Notes under the pieces: generated by a model
What the model was told of the DNA's origin: nothing
The model's input: only the letters and a program-made list of their open reading frames with translations
Database searches by the model: none
In this document: piece by piece, positions 50,063 through 64,000 of the stretch
Layout: every line of letters begins with the position of its first letter
How positions within the stretch are numbered: the first letter of the stretch is position 1
Made by a program: the position numbers and the translations under genes
From: Blastocystis sp. Blastoise
Taxonomy: Eukaryota > Protista > Bigyra: Opalinata
Direction: 5' to 3'
Assembly: GCA_039096225.1 (NCBI GenBank)
Contig: JBBPEB010000017.1
Location: 434,001-498,000, forward strand
DNA: 64,000 nt

Positions 50063-51186
50063 TCAAATAAATAATATATACTATTCTAAATACATATATA
50101 TAGAGTATGAAATATGAATAATATAGATATAATTATAAATGAATAAAATGATTAAAATATAGGTTACAAGTTAATTATTGAATACTTTAAAAACATATAA
50201 TTCAATAAGAAAAAATAATAATAATATAATAATATAATAATATAATAATAATAAATATAAAAATATAATAATATAATAATATAATAAAATTTTATAATAT
50301 ACGCAACTATCTAAAAGAGGAATAATAAGATTTTGGCCTTCACCCTGAACGCTATATACTAATGTTTCAAAACTACCGACAGCATCATAACTATAAATAG
50401 CTCCATGGCCTATAATATATATATATATAGAAATATAGTATATATAGAGAATAGTAAAAAGATTAATATATATATATAGAGAATATTAAAAAGATTAAAA
50501 ATATATATATAGAGAATATAAAAAAGATTTTTTAAAAATTAAAAAGATTAAAAATATATATATAGAGAATATTAAAAAGATTTTTAAAAAATTAAAAAGA
50601 TTAAAAATATATATAGAAAACATTAAAAAAACTATAAAGATCAAAAAATACAAACAAACAAACATACCTTCATTATCTAGGCCAGCAATAATATTGAATG
50701 TATAATAAGGGAACATTCTTCTTCCATATAAAGTAGTTGACAATAAACTAGCAAGAGCAGGAGTAGAAATAACTTCATTGTGATCAAATTTATATCTATA
50801 TATCATAAGAATTACAAGGTAATATAATTTTTATAAATTAATATTTTATTACAAGTAGCAATCTATTTATATATACTGTTTAATATGATAATCAAGAACT
50901 TTTTGTAAAGTAATTGTATCTGTGAAACAGCCACCAGAACCCATAATACACTTATTTGTTAACTGGTGAAGTTTAGATACCTTTCTCGATAAGATATCAT
51001 AACTTTGAATAAGTCTAGTATCAGCAGCAATGATAACATAATCATCTCCAGCAATAGCAACAACAGTACCTCCATTATTATCATAAGGACTCCAATCGTT
51101 ATCAGCCTTTTTAGTTCCAGCTTGTTTTGCTCTATGTACTATATATAAATACTTCTTTTAAAAGTATACATGACAGAATTTTGCAT
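49754..51186 (-). CDS. PSMB1: 20S proteasome subunit beta type-1 (beta6 / yeast Pre7)
   Basis: [28 protein letters not shown]; [26 protein letters not shown]; [11 protein letters not shown]; LIIPLLD; [26 protein letters not shown]. Confidence 0.95.
49844..49932 (-). other. Apparent non-canonical GT-AA intron (89 nt) in PSMB1
   Basis: GCA GGT GAA|GTATAT...TACTTAA|AGA CAT ATT GCT GTT GGT GAT. No AG occurs in the interval on the minus strand, and the nearest AG (AAAG|ACAT) shifts the frame. Confidence 0.6.
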
Positions 51187-51740
51187 TTTCTATATTAAAT
51201 GAGAAATAAAATTGATTTTTATACTATATAGAAAAAAAGAAGCAAATAGAAAAAGAGAGTCGAAGATTAATTCTTATCTGAAACTCATAAAAACAAAATA
51301 AATACGGGAATTCTGCAGAAAGACTTTTTCTTAAATAACTCCTATTTAAATGCTGAATTTCATCTTATTTTTTATTTGTTTTACTTGAAATGATAGTAGA
51401 TACATGTTTGAACGAAATAAAATTATTTAAAGAATCAAAATATTAAGGATGAGTTTTTTTTTCGTGTTAAGATCGATTTGTTGTTCTACATATGATTATG
51501 TTGTCTATTGAAAGTATTATATGCTGAAGAACTCATATTTTTTTATCATATATAAAAAATATGTTGAATAAAATATATAATTAGGAGAATATATGATAAG
51601 AGAAAGCTGAGAATCAGGTTATTCTACAATATATATTCTGTAATTTTGAATTTATATATAAACATGGAATATATGCTGAAATAATAATAGAGTTAAGAAT
51701 TAGAAAGCAAAACAAGACAAAGAGTTAAGGAAATAAACCG

Positions 51741-53844
<2,104 letters not shown>

Positions 53845-54085
53845 TTTATGTTCGATAGTATCAATCCTCTTGTTAATGGTGCTCATCATGTGATAGAGTT
53901 TATCAAAATTTTCTTGTGAGATGTTCATGTTGACAATTGAGAACAGCAGAAAAGATTTTTATTTAAATATTACAACACAAATATCAAAATTATAAATAAT
54001 AAAAAATGGAAATGATTGCAAACAAAAGAAACATTAGAAAATTATTTCCAGGTTCTCTTTTCTATTTTATTTTGCTTTCTGTTTC

Positions 54086-55080
54086 ATGAGTGATTCTATT
54101 AACCTTACAACCCAATTTATCAGGTATCTTTTGATGTTTTACAGTTGGTCTACTAATTTCTTAGTGAAGAATATTCTGTGTATGTAGCAAAAGATGATTT
54201 TCGTTTCTCTGCTGGCCATTTTATGGCTTTTAAAGGATTCAGAGAACCTCTTCATGGTCACAATTACACGGTTTCTGTGTCCTTAAAAGGTCCAGTCTAT
54301 TCTGATGGTTATGTTCTTGATTTTGGTGATGTCAAATCCATTACTCGTCGTATGTGCAAACAATTCAACCAACACTTCCTTGTTCCTATGAAAAGTGATG
54401 TTTTGAAAATCAATGTTACAGAAAAACAAGTAGAGATAACAACTGAAGATGATTCTTTCTTCTCGTATCTATTGTTTAGTATTCTTTTTTAAATGTTTTA
54501 TTCGTTATTGTTAAAGCTATTTCTATAAATGTGTATCTATTTTGTTTCTCTAGTTTCCCCTTAGTAGATTGTGTTCTTTTACCAATTATTCATACATCTG
54601 CTGAAGAAATGGCTAAATATCTTGTAATCATTTTTAAAAATTTTTATTATTAATATTTGATATCTATTTTATATTAAATTCTTCTAAAAATTCTATTCTA
54701 CATATATCTTTTTATTATATTATATATATATATATATTCTATACTATTCTACATATATTCTATAAATATTTTATATTTATTCTATAAATTATTTATATTT
54801 ATTCTCTAACTATCTATATATAACTTTTTCTAGTGTGACTTATTCTTAAAAGAACTTGGTGAAGAAACTATTAAAGTATATGGATGAACTATAGAATACT
54901 AAAAATATATATATAGAAAAGACATATTCAAGAAATTGATATTAGTGTTTCTGAAATCACAAACCAAACCGCCAAGTAAATATATATTCATTTTTTATTT
55001 ATTTATTATTATTTTTTATTTATTTATCATTATTTTACATATTACCTTTATATAGTTACCATCGTGTTATTCAACAGTAA
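54086..55080 (+). CDS. 6-pyruvoyl-tetrahydropterin synthase family protein with the PTPS-III (Glu) active-site motif; 6 exons
   Basis: FRFSAGHF...REPLHGHNYTV..G...DGYVLDFGDVK...HFLVP...DCVLLPIIHTSAEEMA...ISVSE; stop TAA at 55078-55080. Confidence 0.9.
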
Positions 55081-55674
55081 ATATTCATTTGATTTGAAAA
55101 ATTAAAAATTCATTTTTGGTTGACTTTTTAACAATTATATTTATTTTTTTCAAGATTTAATAAAAGTGTGCTCCAAAAAGTCCATATAAATTCATTTAGT
55201 TTGTATTTTTGTGACAACTACAAACGTATTCACTAAATATATGATTCAAATTATCCATTAAAAGGAAGTTAAGTTATAATTGTTTTATTTTGATAGAAAA
55301 AATTATTTCTCTGGAATATGGAGACGATTTTGGGGCAGTTCTCTAGAGTAATCAAGATTCTAAATATCAATAAAATCAAATAAAAACATTCTCCATAATA
55401 AAGTTCATCATTTCTTTCTTCAATTATTATTTTTAATTTCTCTTCTAAAACATGCGAAGGTATATATCATGTTTATATATAAGAACAATTGATTTCAAGT
55501 GAGTTCATGGAGTTTTTAAATAAACGAAAAAAATGAGTATCATTTCTACACCATTAATCTACTGCCATTTTGTTCTTTTATCCGCGGGTATTTACGTTGA
55601 TTTTAGGCAACCATTCTTTTACTAAGTATAAATAAGTTATTTTCTTTTCTTTTGCATTCATTGAATAATCAAAC

Positions 55675-56479
55675 ATGAGTGATATTCCTGCTTTGAAGAA
55701 GGATCTTATCAAATCTGTGAATCAAGAAGATTTTGATAGAATTGAACAAATACTTCGTGAACTTGAGAAGATTGAGATCACATTTGATACCCTAAAAGAA
55801 ACTGGTATTGGAAAAACTTTATCGAGTATCAAGAAACAAAAATCGACTATTCTTCAAAAGAAAGAAGGTCTTACAGATAAATTTATGTATGTTAGATATC
55901 TAACTTAGATTAATAAATCTACTGTTGATATTTATTAAACTTTTGGAAAAATGGAAGAAAACCGTTGCGTCTGACCTTCATGGCGTATATATAAATTAAT
56001 TATTATTATTATAAACTAAGATAATTGAAACTATATATATTATTATTGAAATTTATATAAATTAATTTTGAAATTTCATAGCATTTAAGTCCTTCTGCGT
56101 CTGATTGTGTTTCTACCCCTAAAGCAGATACTCCTAAAGCAGATACTCCTAAAGCTGAAACACCTAAAGCTGAAACACCTAAAGAAAATGAAAATGGGAC
56201 TGTTACTTATAATCCTGAAGAAGCAACTGCTCTTATCAAACAAAAGTAAGCAATATTCAGAATGCAATGATTTTATGTGTAGTTGTTCTTTATAGCTGTT
56301 TTGGAATACATTTTTTAGTTTATCATTTTTATTTTTTTTTTTATTTTTTATAGATTTTTTTTTGTTTTTTTTATCTATAATATATATATAGATTATTGCT
56401 TCCTTCTTTACATGAAACATCATTAACAGTTCGTGAACTATTAATAAAATCATTTATGGATGAAATTAAAAAAGGAGAT

Positions 56480-56527
<48 letters not shown>

Positions 56528-57438
56528 TTTGGGGACATTTATAAGAGAGAATATATATGTAATGTTTAATTTTTTTTATAATATATATATGTAGATTCAA
56601 AGTATAGTATTATCTATATCCGAATTGGAAGAAGCATTGTTAACTCATTATAACTGTACAAATATACCTATGACAGATGAATGCCTTAGTCAATTCCGTA
56701 ATATAAAATTTAATTTACGACAAAATGAAAAGTTGCGTCATCGTTATATGAATGGTCAATTAACAGCAAAAGAACTCGTCACAATGACGAGTGATGATAT
56801 GAAAACAGATGAACAAAAAGAAGAAGTATATATATATATAATTTTATAACTATTTTTTTATAAATGTTTTTTAAAGTATTATTTGAATAGCTTTTAAATA
56901 TAATATAATATAATATAATATAATATAATATAATATAATATAATATAATAATATATATAGGAAGCTCGTTCAGCTAGTATAATGTTTGAATCCAAGCGAA
57001 TGGACTGGGCCAAAGCACATCGTAAGGAGATTTTAGAACAAGCAGGGCTTAGTGGAGTCGATGGTACTTTCAAAGTATATATATATATATATTCATAACT
57101 TTTATATTTTTATTTTCTTCATAACCATATATATAAGTATTTATATATATATTTTTATATCTATGAATATAATATATATTTTCTAAATTATATTTATAAA
57201 TCATCATGATATACTTTCTCTATATACTATAATATTACTCACTATATATATACTATAATATTACTCTATATACTATAATAGTACTCTATATACTATAATA
57301 TTACTCTATATGTATATATATATATAGTGTCCTCGATGTAAGTCTAAGAATACTTCTTATTTTGAGAAACAGACACGTAGTGCTGATGAACCTATGACTG
57401 TATTTGTATGCTGTGAAGATTGCGGAAAACGATGGAGA

Positions 57439-57444
<6 letters not shown>
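55675..57444 (+). CDS. TFIIS: Transcription elongation factor TFIIS (TCEA/Dst1)
   Basis: N-terminal [17 protein letters not shown]; central [13 protein letters not shown]...[10 protein letters not shown]; zinc ribbon [40 protein letters not shown]. Confidence 0.95.
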
Positions 57445-57497
<53 letters not shown>

Positions 57498-57885
57498 TAA
57501 AAGAAATTAAAAAAATAAAAATATTTCTATTTAATGAAATAAATCAAAATTAAATTATATAATTTATTGTTTTTTAAATGTATACAATAGTGTAACATAT
57601 TTTTTATGCATATTATTTAATGTATATATAATTTTTATCCTAGATTATGAATACTCTAAAACATAGTTAAACAAAACACTATATGAAAACAGTGATATAT
57701 AATATATATATAATATAAAACAATGAACCATATAAGTTTGTATACACTCTGTACAAGATATAGATGATATAATTATTAATATATATAAGATAAAAATAAT
57801 TATTTAATAATATATAGCAATATAAATAAATATAATCATATACTATAATATATGTTTTACATATGTGATAATGTAAATAAATATA

Positions 57886-60373
57886 TTATACTATTTTATC
57901 TCTTCCCCATACTTCATAATCATATACCAAGAATCCATTTCTACTACCACAAGAGTCTGTATTTACGAATAAAGAAGACCCATAAGGTGTATTCTTATGT
58001 GTATATGAAGTAGCATTTGTATATGAAAATACATATTGACATTTATCTTCTATATAAATATCACAAGATATACACAATGACTTCTTTTCCCCTCCAAAAA
58101 TAGGTCCACATGATTTATGATTAACAATACCACAACCATTACCATTATGTTTATATTGAGTAGGAGGAATACCATGTTCATTCCTTAATGTAAATAGAAA
58201 TTCTTTTGAAAGAGATTTTCTTCCTATATAGATAAATATATTATTGTGTTAAAAATAAATAGTTCTGGAAAGAAAGATCACTATTATTTAATAAAATAAG
58301 AATACACTATGAAAAATACAATTAAATGTAGCATAAAATATAATATATACAAAGAAAAGAATAATAATATTGACAATATAGTTATTAATAAATAGAATAA
58401 ACCAATATAAATATATAAAACTACTTACTAAAGATATTTGACGATTTCCAATATTGATCTGTATACCCTCCAAAAATACTTATTTGTCCACTAGTACTAA
58501 TATACTTAATAATTACTACAGTTTCTCCTTTGTTATCACAGTTCTCATGGAATAATAACGAAGAATATGAAGAATCACTAGCTCTATATATATATATAAA
58601 GAGATAACAAATATTTTTGTCACAAGTAGTTTTATATAAATGAATAAAACTATATTTTTATTAATGTAAATTCTATAATGTGTATATAATTCAATATTAA
58701 TTATGTATAATATACCTGTATAATAGTTTCCATTGTTTTTCATTTCCAAGCCAGTTCTCTAGTGATTTTATTTCTTCTTCTTTTAGATCTAATTTACTAT
58801 TAAAAAAGCCATTTAAAAGATATCTGTTCTTTATATTAGCAGAAGGAACAGTAATTAAAGAAGAATCGAAATCAGAAGAAGGAATATTAGAAGGAATATT
58901 AGAAGGAATATTAGAAGGAATATTAGAAGGAATATTAGAAGGAATATTAGAAGGAATATTAGAAGGAATATTAGAAGGAATATTAGAATAAATTCTAGAA
59001 GGAATATTAGAAGAATAAGAAGGAATATTAGAAGGAATATTACAAGGAATATTAAAAGGAATAGTAGAAGGAATATTAGAATAAATTCTAGAAGGAATAT
59101 TAAAAGGAATATTAGAAGGAAGATTAGAAGGAAGATTAGAAGGAATATTAGAAGGAGGAGGAGAATGTAAAGAATCTAAAGAATCTAAAGAATCTAAAGA
59201 AGGAGGAGAACGACGAATACGACGAAAAAAGAATGAAGAAGAAGGAGGAGGAGAAGAAGGAGGAGGAGAAGAAGGTATAGAATTTAGAGGAGGGATAGGA
59301 ATAGAAAGAGAAGACGAAAAAGATGAAGAAGGTGATTTGTTGTTACTACTTTTATTAGAATAATTACTTTTCACTTTCTTCTTTCCATCTTCAAACTCCT
59401 TGATAATCTGTTTATTGATTTCATTTTCTTTATTTATTTTTTCATATTTTTCTTGAAGACGCATATATCTCCAATTAAAGGAACTCATATCTTTTCCAAC
59501 ACTATTCAATTGAACTTGTAAAACATTATGTTTTTCTTCTCTATCTTTATTTGTTTTACTTGATAAATCATATTTTTTTTCCATTTCTTGTTTTTGTATT
59601 TCATATTTATTTTTATCAGATAGAAATTCATTATTGTTTTGTACTATTGTTTTTTTCTCTTTTATCAAATTATCATATTTTTCTTTCAGAGAAATATATT
59701 GCTTCTTGACTTCATTATTTAATTCACTAGTAATAGAGAGCTTATTGAAATTATTCATAAGTATTTCATCTGTATCATGTATTGAATTCATATCCGATTT
59801 AATTATATTCATATTTGTTGTTAAATCATTGGTCGTTTTTTGGACCTTATTCATCCCTTCTTTTATTAAATTGAATGATTTCGTTAGTGTCTCCGTTGTA
59901 TCAGTAATAGAAACTACTTTAGAAGTTAAATCTATCAATAATTTAAATATTTGATTACTATTAGATAATAATTGTTCACATTTATCATAAAGACCTTTCG
60001 AACCATTATTCCACTTATATCCATTTAATCGACTATTTATGTAATCAGGAGGAACAACATTCATTCTTTGAAAATCTTCTACTAATTCTTCAATTTCTTC
60101 TTTCGACTTCATATCAATATTTATATGCTCCCCTTTCATATGAGAGATAATCAACTCAAGATTTCGATCTGGAAATCCTGTATAGAACTCCATTCTGTTG
60201 CCATCGTCACCTTTTAACCATGTTTCATAAAAGTAACTATCAGGAAACATAACTAATCTTTCCTTAGAGATTGAACAGTGTATGTTTCGATTATCGCCAT
60301 GAAATGTAACCATTCCACGTTCAGCTAACTTCATTGTTTCTAATTCATATTCTTTTGGTAGATTACGCGGCAT
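57886..60373 (-). CDS. BTB-like + coiled-coil + Pro/Ser-rich repeat + TLDc-domain protein; 3 exons
   Basis: ISKERLVMFPDSYFYETW..DRNLELIISHM (KCTD-type BTB-like); long heptad-rich segment; PSNI repeats; LENWLGNEKQWKLLYR/AS...FHENCDNKGETV..IFGGYT..FLFTL..GPIFGG..VYDYEVW. Confidence 0.8.
58876..59153 (-). repeat. Coding 12-bp tandem repeat (CCTTCTAATATT) encoding (PSNI)n with variants
   Basis: AGAAGGAATATT arrays on the plus strand, in frame in the 563-aa ORF. Confidence 0.9.
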
Positions 60374-60945
60374 TTCTGATGTATACACTCTATAAAATTT
60401 ATATATATAATGTAGAGCTTATAATTATAATGATATTTTCCAAAAAAAAACGAAAAATATTAAAAAAATTTCAGTTTTTTTTTTCAGTTTTTATTATTTT
60501 TTTAAATAATTTGAGTCTGGAAATATTTTAAAAAGTAGATGATATAATTTTTAATATGCCCTATGATTGTAAAAGAGAAGAAGTGAATAATTATTATAAA
60601 ATAATAAAATTATAATTTGGATGAGTATCATTGAATAGATTTATAGATACATTATTGATCTAATATGTGTGCTTATCATGTATATTTCATAAAAATTCAA
60701 AATAAATGATTTTACTTAATAAAGTATAAATAAATAAAAAAATAATAATATAGTGAAGAAACAACCAAGAAAATATGATAATATGTGTATAACGAATTTA
60801 CAATATAGAATTTATATAGATTATAAATAAGAATATTACCAAATGAAAGAAAAAAAAAGGAATAAAAGGAACAAAAGAATATATAAATATATATTTGTAA
60901 GACTTGAAAAAAAATTATAAAGAAATAATATATAAAAATATTTAT

Positions 60946-61980
60946 TTAGAGTTGACTAGCAATAGCAGCAAGTTCATCATCTTCAACTGTTTGATTATTT
61001 GGTTTAGCGGCAACAGGTTTGGCGGGAGTAGCAGCAGAAGGAATAGAAGGAGCAGAAACAGCATCTTCAGCAGCCATTTCTTTAAGAAGAGCTTCATAAT
61101 CTTCATCAACATCCTATAATAGAATATTAATAGAATATAATTCAAATAATATAAATATAATAATAAATATAATTTAAATAATATAAAATAATATAAAATA
61201 ATATAAAATAGTATATATACAATTGCTTCATTACCAACACTATTATTAACAGTTTCGTTAACCATATCGAGATCCATTTTCATATTATCCATTTGGTCCA
61301 TGACTTTCTCTAATTCATCTTGATTACTATAAAATAATATGAATAATAATAAATATAAAATAAAATAAACATAATTATAAAGTAACAAACAATATATATA
61401 TAACTACATACACGCTTTGACCAGCTTCAACGGCAGTTTTAACGGCAATATATAATTGTTGTTGTTCTAGTCTGGATTCAAGGGTATCACAAGTAGATTG
61501 AAGATAATTAACTTTATTCTAAATAAATAAAATAATAAAAAATAATAAAAATTTAAAAAAGATAAAAAAACATACAAATAATCCAATTTGTTTATCAGAA
61601 AGAGTCTTCTTCTTCTTCAAGCATTGCATAGCTTCTATATATAATAAAATCAAATAATAAAATCAAGTAATCAATACCAATACACAATAATCATAATGAG
61701 AAAAAACATACGAGCTTTTAATCCCTTCTTAATGAAAGCTTTAGCCATTGTTTCTTGTCTTGTCATATCGTTAGTAATATAATCGGCCCTAAAAAAACAT
61801 TAAATTATTAATTCGAGTTATCATTATATAACGTATCTAATAAACATACTTAGCGTTGAAGGAATCTATGACTTTTTGAATCTTTTGCATTTGTTCTTGA
61901 GTAGAAGCAATCTTGTTAGTAAGTTGTTCCTCTTGACTAGGAGTTAACTTCTTTTGCTTAAAGAGATCAAGGAGACCCAT
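60946..61980 (-). CDS. ESCRT-III / Snf7-family protein (CHMP4/CHMP6-like); 6 exons
   Basis: MGLLDLFKQKK; AKAFIKKGLKAQAMQCLKKKK; LQSTCDTLES; DELEKVMDQM; DVDEDYEALLKEM; P-rich linker; EDDELAAIASQL*. Basic N-terminus and acidic C-terminus are typical of the family. Confidence 0.75.
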
Positions 61981-63045
61981 TATTGAATAATTTATCAAAA
62001 AAAAATAAAGCAATAAATAAAATAAAGTATTCTTTATGTAAATACTGAAACAATTTCTTTTTTAGAAAAAACGGATTTGTAGCTTTTTCTGTACAATAAT
62101 CGCAAATAAATAACAACTTAAGCTATATATTCTATAAAAAAAATGTATGACTTTACATTTTCATTTCCTGACTGAATAAATTCTAAAAAACAAGGTTTTT
62201 CTTATCAACATGAATTGCCTTCTTTTCTAGTAAATAAACTGTATTGACTTTTTTCTTGAATATATCCAGTTTTTTCTATCTAACAATTCATGCAACTGAT
62301 GAAAATACTATAAATAAACTGAGTTGTCTAATTGTAGAAAAAACATTTTTCTTTTTTGTCGTTGATTTATATAGATTTCTATATACGCTAGCCATTTGTC
62401 TTCGTAGATAAATTCACACATAAAAATCTATGCTATTTCTTACATGAATCACTTTTTGTGAACATCCAATATTCAATATACCTTTCCTTTGATGCTCAAA
62501 CTTACTAAGTAATGTCCTAAATATAATTTCATTGTTTTTTTCATAAAAAGCACTTGACGAAGATATATTAAATGATAAATGACAATCTAGTATTTAAGAA
62601 AGCATACATTAGCAATCTATATAATCTATGAATCACTTTACTTACAGTTTGTGCTTGAGAAATTGATAATCAAACCTTAGAAATGACAAATCGTTGCTTC
62701 TGTAGTTTCTTTAATGGAGTCATTAGTTACATAATTTACATACATATCACTCTGTTAATTGAAATCAATGAGAATTTTCGATAAAATGGATAAATAAGCT
62801 TATGAAAACAAAAGAGAAAGAGGATAAAACTGGAAGTTTGTGAAAAGAGCCTATAAATAGGATTAGAAATTTCTCGAGAAATTTCTAAAGAGAGAAGAAC
62901 AATTCTTCCGATTTTAGAGTTTGTTTCTTCAAATAAGGTTTTCTTTGAGAGTTTATCACATAAATAAATATTTCTAAAGAAATATAAATTATTCTGCAAA
63001 TAGCTTATAAAAATAATACACAAACTTATTCGATTATTCTATAAA

Positions 63046-64000
63046 ATGTTTAATACTAGAATTATCTTGTTGTTCGTTGCTTTTAACTTGCTTTGCTGTC
63101 TTGCTGAAGATAGTTACTACGATGTACTTGGCATTGAAAAGTATATATCAGTCATTTATTTGAATGAAAATTTTTGTTTATTCTTTCTATTCTTATAATA
63201 TTCGTAATTTATTTTAATTTTGTACTCTATAGGAATGCTGAAGAGAAGTCTATTAAAAAAGCATATAGAAGACTTAGTATAAAATATCATCCCGATAAAT
63301 GTAAAACTGAAGAATGTAAAGTTCAATTTGCTGCTGTACAAGAAGCTTATGATTGTTTAATTGATGACAATTTAAGAAGAGTTTATGATCAAAAAGGAAA
63401 ACAAGGTGTTGAAGATTATAAGAAACAAGAACAACAAGGTGGTGCTCCTTCTCCTTTTGCTAGTTTTTTTGGTGGTCAACCTCAAAAGCAAAGAAATCAA
63501 GATAAATTAGTGAAAGTAAAAGTATCTCTTGAAGATTTATATAATGGTAGAGATTTAGAAATGAAAATACCTCGTAAAGAATTATGTTCTCATTGTCATG
63601 GAACAGGTGCTGAAACACCTGATGATTTCGAAACTTGTCCTTATTGTCATGGCCAAGGGTTTACTATAGAAAAGCATGAGTTTATGCCTGGATTTGTTCA
63701 ACAAGTTCAACAACAATGTAGTCATTGTCATGGTAAAGGTTCTATTATTAAGAAGCAATGTCATGTATGTCATGGTAAACATCTTGTAGATGGTCATTAT
63801 GATCTTTCTTTAACAGTTGAAAAAGGAATGAGTGATGGTGAAGAAATTACTTTTGAAAATAAAGGTGATCAACATCCTGATATGGATGCAGGTCATATTA
63901 TAGTACATTTAGAACAACAACCACATCGATTATTTACAAGAGATCAAGATAATCTACGTATTACATTAACTATTACACTTAAAGAAGCTCTTCTTGGTTG
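63046..64000 (+). CDS. Type I DnaJ/Hsp40 with signal peptide (ER-lumenal, Scj1/ERdj3-like); 3' end beyond the window
   Basis: MFNTRIILLFVAFNLLCCLA signal; YYDVLG/...IKKAYRRLSIKYHPDK; four zinc-finger motifs CSHCHGTG, CPYCHGQG, CSHCHGKG, CHVCHGKH; GMSDGEEI..G..GHII; ITLKEALLG. Confidence 0.92.

Noticed and set aside
54124-54164. PTPS intron 1 (GTATCTTT donor) as a second U12 intron
   Set aside because: The donor deviates from RTATCCT and the branch-like TACTAAT is U2-type; support is insufficient.

Overview
Very AT-rich, intron-dense eukaryotic genomic DNA read with the standard code. Gene content, the expanded BTB-like/TLDc families, bacterial-type sugar enzymes and short introns suggest an anaerobic gut protist such as a low-GC Blastocystis lineage; that assignment is inference. 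I reconstructed about 19 spliced genes by hand: two TLDc-domain genes plus a truncated N-terminal paralog, a membrane-anchored pepsin-like pseudoprotease, a BTB-like/LRR-like protein, a large nucleotidyltransferase-fold + ankyrin protein, two Myb-domain proteins, a GH95-like glycosidase, dihydroorotase, glucosidase II alpha, a duplicated UxaA-family sugar-acid dehydratase, a Q/N/M-rich protein, proteasome beta-6 (PSMB1), a poly-Asn hypothetical, a PTPS-III-type pterin synthase, TFIIS, an ESCRT-III subunit and a signal-peptide-bearing type I DnaJ. Most short ORFs in the supplied track are exon-plus-intron read-through or microsatellite artefacts. The strongest signals concern splicing: an AT-AC U12-type intron inside the bacterial-type UxaA gene, an apparent GT-AA intron in the essential PSMB1 gene, an ambiguous TFIIS intron, and a probable intronization in a TLDc gene. 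Other signals: an identical ~40-bp core embedded in (TAA)n tracts of two unrelated genes' introns, a strong excess of CCCGCG/CGCGGG hexamers, and an NTase-ankyrin protein of unknown function. Exon coordinates were read manually and may be off by a few bases.
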